32,000 nucleotides of DNA from NCBI RefSeq assembly GCF_000025505.1, contig NC_013849.1, positions 390,001-422,000 on the forward strand, written 5' to 3'. How positions within the stretch are numbered: position 1 is the first letter of the stretch; every line of letters begins with the position of its first letter. The translations under genes and the position numbers were made by a program. A model generated the notes under the pieces. That model was not told the origin of the DNA. It did no database searches and saw nothing but the letters and a program-made list of their open reading frames with translations. Shown here one piece after another: positions 19,085 to 26,351 of this stretch. Source of the stretch: Ferroglobus placidus DSM 10642. GTDB taxonomy: Archaea > Halobacteriota > Archaeoglobi > Archaeoglobales > Archaeoglobaceae.

Positions 19085-19888
19085 TTAACTCTCACACCCG
19101 ATCCCATCCCCGTCTCCATCAAAGTGATGAGGATCCGGTGGCAGAACCCTGAAGTTCCTGTAGGGTATGTCCTTGCAGTCCAGATCTGGTGGGGGAGGAG
19201 GGATGCATACATCCGGATAGGAGGGGTCGCAGTTTGGTGTTGTGGTAGTAGTGGCAGGGGTAGGGGTAGCTGTGGTTGTGGGCGCGGGCATGCAGCTCCA
19301 CAGCCCCAATCTTTCCGCCATCGCCTTCTCCTGATACCTCACGTACTCCTGCTCCTTCTTAAACTCCCCCTCTGTGTAGGCCCTCGCATATCCCTTCTTT
19401 ACGAGCTCCGCCGTGAAATCAGTCCCGTTTTGAAGGTAAACGTATGCAAGGAGCCTGCCGTAGTATCCTCTGAGTCCTGCAAGCTCGTCAAACTCAATAT
19501 AAACGTACTTCCCCTCAAGCTTTCCCGTGAACTCCTTTGCCTTCATCCCCCAGTTTGCAAGGCACTGCAGATCCGTGATGCTGTCATACTCGTATGGTTT
19601 GTTGTCGCTGGCAGATTTCTCAGGGGTGTCAACTCCCAGAAACCTGACCCTCTCCTTCTTACCGTTGAATAGAACATCCATCGTGTCACCATCTATAACA
19701 TCAAGGACCTTAACCAGATATTTCTGGCCGTAAATGATTGGCTGGTCCGTCTGTGTTGTGGAAGCAGCAGGTACGGCTGCAGTTGTAGTTGTTGGAGATG
19801 TGGTCTGAGGACTCTGCTCAGCACATCCTGCAAGTAATGCTGCAAGCAGCAAAAAGAGAAGAAGCAGAACTGATTTTCCAATCTTCAT
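19085..19888 (-). CDS. Secreted thermonuclease (SNase) homolog with C-terminal Excalibur-like motif
   Basis: Lipobox LLAGC; KVLDVIDGDTMDVLFNGKKERVRFLGVDTPE; YYGRLLAYVY; C-terminal DLDCKDIPYRNFRVLPPDPHHFDGDGDGIGCES. Confidence 0.9.
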   Translation of the reverse strand: MKIGKSVLLLLFLLLAALLAGCAEQSPQTTSPTTTTAAVPAASTTQTDQPIIYGQKYLVKVLDVIDGDTMDVLFNGKKERVRFLGVDTPEKSASDNKPYEYDSITDLQCLANWGMKAKEFTGKLEGKYVYIEFDELAGLRGYYGRLLAYVYLQNGTDFTAELVKKGYARAYTEGEFKKEQEYVRYQEKAMAERLGLWSCMPAPTTTATPTPATTTTTPNCDPSYPDVCIPPPPPDLDCKDIPYRNFRVLPPDPHHFDGDGDGIGCES

Positions 19889-19996
19889 ACTTATCTGCCT
19901 CCGCGAGTGAAACTGGACTTTGAGGGGTCATAACCTGACCTGCTGTAGATAACCACACTGCGCCAGCATAAAAAACCTTAAATCTTACATCCCTGC

Positions 19997-20308
19997 TTAA
20001 GGTATTTCCCTCATCCTCAAAAAATCCCTGATGAGCAGTAGATCTTTCTTCCCTTCCTCAAATTTTTTCTCAATCCTGTGCCTCATCACCCTTATGTGGT
20101 TCTTCCAGTCTCCTTTACTGCTCCATTTCTCCCTGAACTCCTCAACACTCATCTCCCCCGCCTTAACCTTCTCAAAATCCTCCAGAAAAGTAGATCCCTC
20201 CTTTCTCGATGCCCATTTTCTGTAAAACTCAAGCCTGTCCATTTTTCCGCTGGTGACTCTCATCCAGTCCTGAATGAACTCCCTCTCCCGCTTTGTGAGC
20301 AACCCCAT
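19997..20308 (-). CDS. Hypothetical protein (MGLLTKREREFIQDW...)
   Basis: ORF opens at 20359; internal ATG 20308 starts the more protein-like part; charged helical composition. Confidence 0.5.
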   Translation of the reverse strand: MGLLTKREREFIQDWMRVTSGKMDRLEFYRKWASRKEGSTFLEDFEKVKAGEMSVEEFREKWSSKGDWKNHIRVMRHRIEKKFEEGKKDLLLIRDFLRMREIP

Positions 20309-20356
20309 ATTACTGGTCATTTCTCTTTTATAAAATCGTTGATCCCCCTCCGTGGT

Positions 20357-20473
20357 CAAATCGATGCAAAGAGGGCGGTTTACATAAACGACTACCTGTA
20401 CATTATTGCTGCAGACAGGGTTGTAGCTTACGATGAAAATACATGGGAGCAGGCTGGTGAAGTCAGGATTTAG
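20357..20473 (+). pseudogene. Fragment resembling one blade of a beta-propeller protein
   Basis: QIDAKRAVYINDYLYIIAADRVVAYDENTWEQAGEVRI*; no start codon context of its own. Confidence 0.35.
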
Positions 20474-20561
20474 GGTCAGAGCTTTCTGATGATGGACAAC
20501 CTTTCCAAACTCTGAAAATTACCCCCTTTCAGCCCCAGCGAATCTCTCTATTGTTCGCTCT

Positions 20562-20771
20562 TCAACATCTCCTCACTACCGCATCAACCAGCTCGATTTC
20601 ACTCCTGCTCACTTCACAGAAGGCGAGAATTTTTGGCAAATTATTAAACAGCCTCTCCAGCTCTTTTTCTTTTTTCCTGACATCTCCCTGTATGATAGCC
20701 TCAGAAATAATTTCGCCCAGATGATTGAGCTGGATGTAGTAGATCCTCGCTTTTGACAGGTTAGAATTCAT
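20562..20771 (-). CDS. Hypothetical protein linked to the radical SAM gene
   Basis: ATG at 20771 overlaps the stop region of the upstream gene; MNSNLSKARIYYIQLNHLGEIISEAII... Confidence 0.5.
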   Translation of the reverse strand: MNSNLSKARIYYIQLNHLGEIISEAIIQGDVRKKEKELERLFNNLPKILAFCEVSRSEIELVDAVVRRC

Positions 20772-21576
20772 GCAGCTGACTGTCTTCATACCAGGCCCTC
20801 CTGATGGTCTTCTCGAAAACAAGGAATCCACTATCTCTGAGCTTTTTGATGAGGGAGAGGGTTTTGTCCAGCGCTGGTTCTGGCAGCCTGCAGTTATAGT
20901 TGTCGTAGCCAATGTAGATCATGAGCGGGTTGATCTTCTCAATCTTCCTCCAGAATTTGGGGCTGAAGTCAAGTATGGGTTCTATAGACAGAAACTTCAT
21001 GTCCCAGTCCAGCTCAAACATGGCCTTTATCCTCTCACCCGGTTTAGGGGCCTTGGAAATTTTGTATATCTCATTCCTGTCAGTCTCTATTGTTGCACCC
21101 AGTATAGCATTCTCAGGGAAATTGAAGTCAAGATACCTTGATGGGTTTTTGGTCAGAAACAGGAAGAGGGTGCTGGAGAATTTACCTGCATGCTTTAAGA
21201 CGGTTTCAATCCACTCATCAGGTACAAATTCTCCAAAAAGATCGCCCATGTCGCTCACAAAGACAACTCCACCCCTGAACTTTTTGTTGAGCTCCTCCCT
21301 GTTTAATCTCGGGATGAAGCCGTTGCTGTACCTCTTGCTGTTTCTTAATCTGGTTTCGGCCAGCCTTCTCGCCCAGCAGTATGTGCAGCTGTGCTCACAT
21401 CCTGTAACTGGGTTCCATGTTTCAGTCACCATGCTGAACATCTTTGTGCTGTCTTCGTGCTCCAGCAGCTGCTTCAGCAGTGATTTGAGTCTGGAGAATT
21501 TTTCAGGCTTTGAATCTTCCAGCACAGAAACTGCATCTGTAACTGCTTCTACCTTTGCTCTTACCTCTGAACACAT
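20761..21576 (-). CDS. Radical SAM protein, DUF5131/phage Gp37-Gp68-like
   Basis: TWNPVTGCEHSCTYCWARRLAE cluster motif, FVSDMGDLFGEFVPDEWI, LGATIETDRNEIYKISKAPKPGERIKAM; AGGAGGTGG RBS 5 nt before ATG 21576. Confidence 0.85.
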   Translation of the reverse strand: MCSEVRAKVEAVTDAVSVLEDSKPEKFSRLKSLLKQLLEHEDSTKMFSMVTETWNPVTGCEHSCTYCWARRLAETRLRNSKRYSNGFIPRLNREELNKKFRGGVVFVSDMGDLFGEFVPDEWIETVLKHAGKFSSTLFLFLTKNPSRYLDFNFPENAILGATIETDRNEIYKISKAPKPGERIKAMFELDWDMKFLSIEPILDFSPKFWRKIEKINPLMIYIGYDNYNCRLPEPALDKTLSLIKKLRDSGFLVFEKTIRRAWYEDSQLHEF

Positions 21577-21685
21577 CTCAGCCACCTCCTAATCTGTTGT
21601 GCAGCATACCCTTAAAGTTATTCCCCGAGAATGAATGTGGGAGTTTCACAAACCTCATAAATCCGGTCCTTAAAGGGATTTTCAG

Positions 21686-21768
21686 GCGGGGGTTGCCGAG
21701 CGGACAAAGGCGCAGGATTGAGGGTCCTGTCCCGCAGGGGTTCGAGGGTTCGAATCCCTCCCCCCGCA
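21686..21768 (+). tRNA. tRNA-Leu(GAG)
   Basis: Acceptor GCGGGGG/CCCCCGC, anticodon arm CAGGA-TTGAGGG-TCCTG, class II variable arm, T arm GAGGG-TTCGAAT-CCCTC, discriminator A. Folded by hand. Confidence 0.9.
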
Positions 21769-21882
21769 TTACAGGAGAATACTTCAGCAGCTCCGAACAA
21801 GTAGAGATTGTGGATGGAGAGGTTGTCGTAAAGTTAACTTGAATCCAAAACATTTTTTAGACTTTTTTACACATTCATAAAC

Positions 21883-22440
21883 ATGTTTAAGCTGGAGATT
21901 AAGAAGATTAAGGGTTACAGGTACATTTACATCAAAGACAGAGTAAAGGTTAACGATAAAAGTATACCTGTGACCATGTACATTGGCAGACTGGAAAAAA
22001 CGACCACAGAAGAGTTCATCAAAAAATTGGGGGAGTATCAGGTAGCAAGGTTAAAAACTTTCACGGACTTCTGGATGAAAAAGGGGCGTTCGTATCTTGA
22101 TGATCAAAAAACATTCAATTTAGAGGTCCTTCACTACAGCTACAGGCTTTTTGGAGAATACTACCCCGACGAGCTTAGGAGGTACGAGCAATCCGTTTTC
22201 GCAAGATACGTGCAGGGGACAACAGCTATTGAAGGCAACACGATAACTCTCAGGCAGGCTGAGGAGCTGATTGAGCACAACATAACCCCTCCCGGCAAAT
22301 CCGTCAGAGAGGTTTATGAGATCATAAACTTCAGGAAGTTGAGGAATTTCCTGGACAACTACACAGGAGATGTATCTGAGAGGCTAATCAGAAAGATGCA
22401 AAGCCGCCAGAACAGATACCAAGATGGAAGAGCAAGTTAG
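21883..22440 (+). pseudogene. N-terminal part of a Fic-family (COG3177-like) protein; catalytic HPFxDGNGR motif absent
   Basis: YVQGTTAIEGNTITLRQAEELIEHNITPPGKSVREVYEIINFRKLRNFL is typical of the Fic N-terminal region; ORF ends before the catalytic core. Confidence 0.7.
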
Positions 22441-22949
22441 AAATGAGATTGAGATCGAGTTGCACGAAATCCTAGAGGAGATAGGCGATAGTGGAAAAAG
22501 AGGTTTCAAAAGACCTTAAATTACTTTTTAAGCAAGGAATAAAGAGGAATTGATTTTAATTTTACCATTCCATCCCTTCTCAGCTCTCGGATTATCTTTA
22601 ATCAAGCTCCGGCAAAGGTTGAGAGGACCTGCACGACTTTTGAAGGCCTTATTAGCGTGGAGTTAGCGTGGAGAACGTCTCCAGCCTTCAGGTTTGGCCC
22701 TGAGCCAGCTGGCGTGTGTGAAGTGAAGGTGTGAGAAGGTGTGTAAGAGCGAAGTGAGAGTGATGTAAGAATGAGATGTGAAGGATGGCTGTCCCCGCCC
22801 AGGACGGTGTGGTTTGAGATTAAGAGAGAAAGATGGCAGTAGTGTCCCCATCTGAGACGAGTTGGAGTGTTTCCATCCAGGACGTGTACTCCCCGTTTAA
22901 CGAGGAAGACTACCTTCCCACCCTTCCCCACCCACCACCCTTCAAAAAA

Positions 22950-22999
22950 GTAGGAACCTAAGTAGGACTCTATATAATAAAATACTAAATAGTTCCTAC
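22950..22999. repeat. Three AGTAGGA motifs including an 8-bp inverted repeat GTAGGAAC/GTTCCTAC
   Basis: AAGTAGGAACCT, TAAGTAGGACTC and, inverted, AGTTCCTACTAG around TATATAATAAAA. Confidence 0.6.
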
Positions 23000-23219
23000 T
23001 AGTATACATTAAGTGCACATAAATTCTGTGATAGGTCGGTATTATATTTCTCAACTAACAAAAACCGCAGTAATCTTTGATCGCTCATACACACGCGAAA
23101 ATTTCTTTTTGTCCACATCTGCCAACTCTTGCATGTTTAAAGAGCCATCCAAATCCTCAGAGCCGGTTGCTGTCTGCAAAATATCTTACTAATTATATAT
23201 ATCTGACCCAAGACATATT

Positions 23220-23243
23220 AGAAATATTAGTCCTAATATTTCT
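23220..23243. repeat. Palindrome AGAAATATTAG-TC-CTAATATTTCT
   Basis: 11-bp perfect arms, 2-bp spacer; the half-site CTAATATTTC recurs at 23308-23317. Confidence 0.8.
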
Positions 23244-23262
23244 CGCCCTGATCAGCCCGTGA

Positions 23263-23304
23263 AGAACCGTGACAAAATATTAGAAGAATCGTGACAAAAT
23301 ATTA
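23263..23304. repeat. Tandem iteron-like repeat AGAAYCGTGACAAAATATTA x2
   Basis: 23263-23282 and 23285-23304 differ at one base; start-to-start spacing 22 bp. Confidence 0.85.
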
Positions 23305-23378
23305 TTTCTAATATTTCCCATCCTCATCACCCAAAACTTTAATACCATATAATGGAATAGTATTTATGATGCGAGGTG

Positions 23379-24170
23379 ATGAAGATGTCAGGAGGTGAAA
23401 TTACCGTGAGCGTTACATTCTCCTTCAGCGTGAAGAACGGCGATAAGGAGCTCGTCCAGAAAATTATGGCTTTCAAGGAAACCGGAAACCTCTCAGCCCT
23501 TGTGAACAAGCTTCTCCGGGCGTACTTCGACGGCAAGATCGAAGATGTGTTTGAAACCAAAGCTGAGACTAAAACTGAAAGTGGTGGGGGTGAGATCGGT
23601 AATCAGTCTCAATCCTTTCAAGACCTTCACAGCGAGATTGCTGAGGTCAGGAAAGGGATTGAAGAGCTCGTGTCGAGGGTTGAGGGGCTAGTATCGAGGA
23701 TTGAGAACCTGGAGTTGAGAGTTGATGGGCTGGAGAGGAAGAGGCTTGAGGAGCTTGTGGCGGGTGAGATGCATGCGCAGGCTGCAGCGGGTGCAAATAG
23801 TGTGCAGGCATCTCAGGGTGAAGATAGAGGAGGTGAAACTGAGTATAAAACAGGCCAGGATGAGGGAGCTGAGAGCGTAGAGGAAGAGGAGAAGGAGAAG
23901 AAGGAGAAGGAGGCTGTTAAACTTATAAACCCTCACCAGACCAAAGAGTCTGAGGAAGAGCTCATCAAAGACCTCAGAGAAATTGTTTTCGACGATCTGA
24001 GCAGAAAAGGAGTGGAAAGGTTCATCAACTGGTGTGAAAATAAGGGCTGGGAGCCGGACTACATAGTTAAAGCAAGACTGGAGAATTTTGCAGATGATAA
24101 GAAGATCAGCATTGAGAGAGCTCGTGAGTTATTCCTCAAGGCCTTCCCGGAGTGCGAGGAGCTCGTGTGA
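23379..24170 (+). CDS. Ribbon-helix-helix-like DNA-binding protein with coiled-coil middle and separate C-terminal domain
   Basis: ITVSVTFSFSVKNGDKELVQKIMAFKETGNLSALVNKLLRAYF matches a strand-helix-helix RHH pattern, followed by heptad-rich LHSEIAEVRKGIEELVSRVEGLVSRIENLELRVDGL. Confidence 0.65.
   Translation: MKMSGGEITVSVTFSFSVKNGDKELVQKIMAFKETGNLSALVNKLLRAYFDGKIEDVFETKAETKTESGGGEIGNQSQSFQDLHSEIAEVRKGIEELVSRVEGLVSRIENLELRVDGLERKRLEELVAGEMHAQAAAGANSVQASQGEDRGGETEYKTGQDEGAESVEEEEKEKKEKEAVKLINPHQTKESEEELIKDLREIVFDDLSRKGVERFINWCENKGWEPDYIVKARLENFADDKKISIERARELFLKAFPECEELV
23447..23531 (+). repeat. 85-bp exact direct repeat, copy 1
   Basis: ggagctcgtccagaaaattatggctttcaagg...gggcgtacttcgac, identical to 24261-24345. 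Confidence 0.95.
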
Positions 24171-24225
24171 GTATTTTGGTGCTGGTGTGTGGGCTGAGTA
24201 AGAGGAATAGGAGGGGGCGAGAATT

Positions 24226-24666
24226 GTGAGGGTTGTATTCTCCTTCAGCGTGACGGATGAGGAGCTCGTCCAGAAAATTATGGCTTTCAAGGAAACCGGA
24301 AACCTCTCAGCCCTTGTGAACAAGCTTCTCCGGGCGTACTTCGACAACAATGGTAGAGTGGATTTTGAGAATGTGGTTAGTCTCGGAAACCTTCAAAACT
24401 CTCGTAACATCCACAACGAGTTCGCAGAATACAGAGGAAAGCTTGAGGAGCTGGAGTCAAGAATTGTGAAGCTGGAGAGGAAAATATATGGAGAGAGTGG
24501 TGAGAGCAGACAGTGTAGTAATGTGGAGGGGAGGGGGAGTGGAGAGAGCATCAGTTCTGCCAACAGTACTACTGAGACTGCTACTGAGATTGCAGAGACG
24601 GAAGAAAAGTCCAAGCCCGTCAGAAGGTTCAAGGTTGTTTTTGAAGATGCAAGCAGAGAGGGGTAA
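24226..24666 (+). CDS. Paralogous ribbon-helix-helix-like protein
   Basis: GTG start after GGAGGGGG; VVFSFSVTDEELVQKIMAFKETGNLSALVNKLLRAYF shared with the preceding protein, different C-terminus. Confidence 0.65.
   Translation: MRVVFSFSVTDEELVQKIMAFKETGNLSALVNKLLRAYFDNNGRVDFENVVSLGNLQNSRNIHNEFAEYRGKLEELESRIVKLERKIYGESGESRQCSNVEGRGSGESISSANSTTETATEIAETEEKSKPVRRFKVVFEDASREG
24261..24345 (+). repeat. 85-bp exact direct repeat, copy 2
   Basis: Identical to 23447-23531. Confidence 0.95.
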
Positions 24667-24749
24667 AAGAGAAGCCCGAAGTACGAAAGGTATGGGGGAG
24701 ATGTGGTTTGGGAGGGAGGTAGAGAGTGGCACAGTAGTTTGGGAGGGAT

Positions 24750-24799
24750 GGTAGGGAAGTGGTAGGGAGTAGGTAGGGAACAGGTAGGGAAGGTAGGTG
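24750..24799 (+). repeat. 11-bp-phased GGTAGGGA repeats
   Basis: GGTAGGGA at 24750, 24761, 24772 and 24783, then a degenerate GGTAGGTG at 24792. Confidence 0.85.
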
Positions 24800-24815
24800 T
24801 GCAGGTGGAGCTTTG

Positions 24816-25319
24816 ATGAGTCCTCGCAGAGCGATCTTAAGCCTGATTGGCCTGATAACTTTGATAGAGCCATGTCTTGCTGTACCACCTCCTCCTGCCC
24901 ACGTAGCACTGATCCTTCTCATCGCTCCAGTTATCGTAAACTACTTCTGGAATTTCACGATTCTGGGGCTCCTCTTCCGCCACTTTAACATTGGAGTGAT
25001 AAGCAGGAAATTTGCTCTGTTTATAGCAATCTTAACCCTCCTCGGCCTCTGCATTGACGGTTTCACGTATCTGCTCGGCCTCAACTTTTTTGCAGACCCT
25101 CCGCAAAGCCTCTTCCTGTGGTTTTTACTCGCCGGGATTCTTCTATTCATCACCGCATGCAGCTTAACGCGGCTGGTATATAGACTTCCGAAGAAGATCT
25201 GTTTTATTTCAGGCCTTGTGTATGGTGCTGCCTCAAACCCGGCAGCAGGAATCTTGCTTGCGGGAATCTTGCTCGGATCTTTAATTCCACCATACTGGCA
25301 GAACTTTCCTCACCCTTAA
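24816..25319 (+). CDS. Multi-pass membrane protein, hypothetical
   Basis: Four or more hydrophobic segments; GGTGGAG RBS before ATG 24816. Confidence 0.6.
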   Translation: MSPRRAILSLIGLITLIEPCLAVPPPPAHVALILLIAPVIVNYFWNFTILGLLFRHFNIGVISRKFALFIAILTLLGLCIDGFTYLLGLNFFADPPQSLFLWFLLAGILLFITACSLTRLVYRLPKKICFISGLVYGAASNPAAGILLAGILLGSLIPPYWQNFPHP

Positions 25320-25718
25320 TGTCGCTGATGGAGAAAGTGGGAGAGATGTCGTTTTGAATTGTAAAGAGGGTTCGATGAGCCATGATTGATTTTTGAGCTT
25401 TTCGAGAATACTGCGGTATCTTTTTAAGGTCTCGTTCTTATTATTGAACTCCTCTCCGCTATCAATCTATCTCTGCTATCAAGATTGCGGTTTCTGCGGA
25501 GTATTGGCTGGCTTTTGCTGGATTAGCAGATCCTGCGGTTGTAGTTTTGGAAAAAAGAGTTGTCGATTCTCTACCTGTTGAAGATGCCGGAAAAATACCT
25601 CATACCCAGCAAAGCTATTGAGGGATTGGAGTTGATTTCAGAGGAATGAGGTTGAGGGATATGCACAGAGGGTTATGCACAGACACCCTAAGGATCAAGT
25701 TGTAATAATTTAATCTAA

Positions 25719-25775
25719 AAATATTACTATACGTAATTGGTCACTGATTTCAGAATCCTTTTTATTTTGGTCAGT
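25719..25775 (+). repeat. 57-bp direct repeat, copy 1
   Basis: aaatattactatacgtaattggtcactgatttcagaatcctttttattttggtcagt; one mismatch to 26085-26141. Confidence 0.95.
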
Positions 25776-26084
25776 GAGTAAAAGCTGTTATGGTAAAATG
25801 CTAGGCAGTTTAGAGCTGAGCTGTTCTACATGCCACTATACAGCAGATGCCACAAAGTTGTCCGGCTCCTTAAAAATGGCGGCACGTTCTTAGCTTTTAA
25901 GGACAGAGGTATAGGGTAGGGGGTGGAGGGTGTCAGTCTGTAAGTCTGTCTGTAAAACAGACATTTCATGGTGTGAAGGCCCAATTCTTCCCATTACGGA
26001 ATATTTTGGAGATCGTGTCAATCTGCATCTGTTTGGTCGGATTGGTATTAATAAAGTCTTCAGTGAATTAATAATATTCTCAGT

Positions 26085-26141
26085 AAATATTACTACACGT
26101 AATTGGTCACTGATTTCAGAATCCTTTTTATTTTGGTCAGT
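26085..26141 (+). repeat. 57-bp direct repeat, copy 2
   Basis: aaatattactacacgtaattggtcactgatttcagaatcctttttattttggtcagt. Confidence 0.95.
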
Positions 26142-26351
26142 AAATAAAAAAATTCTCCGGGTTGGGTTATGGCAGTTCTGTGGCCCGATCCATCAAAATT
26201 CAATTACATGAAAATTATACAAAAATAAATTGCTTTTTTATTACTTAATAGAAGATATGTAGTATAAAAATCTGTATTTTTCCGCATATTCCTCGGAGAG
26301 AGGTTGGATGGTTTAGTGTGCGGGCAGACAAACCAAAGACAAACCAAAAAA

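Noticed and set aside
22602-23054. 150-aa minus-strand ORF and nested 62-aa ORF
   Set aside because: Ser/Thr/His/Pro-rich translation of a simple-sequence GTGA-rich stretch, overlapping the repeat-rich spacer; no protein-like pattern
22950-23317. Possible CRISPR array
   Set aside because: Repeats are 7-20 bp with only two or three copies and no equal unique spacers of 30-40 bp; no cas genes in the window
25930-26211. 93-aa plus-strand ORF containing one 57-bp repeat copy
   Set aside because: Composition not convincing; the other repeat copy is not in an equivalent coding context
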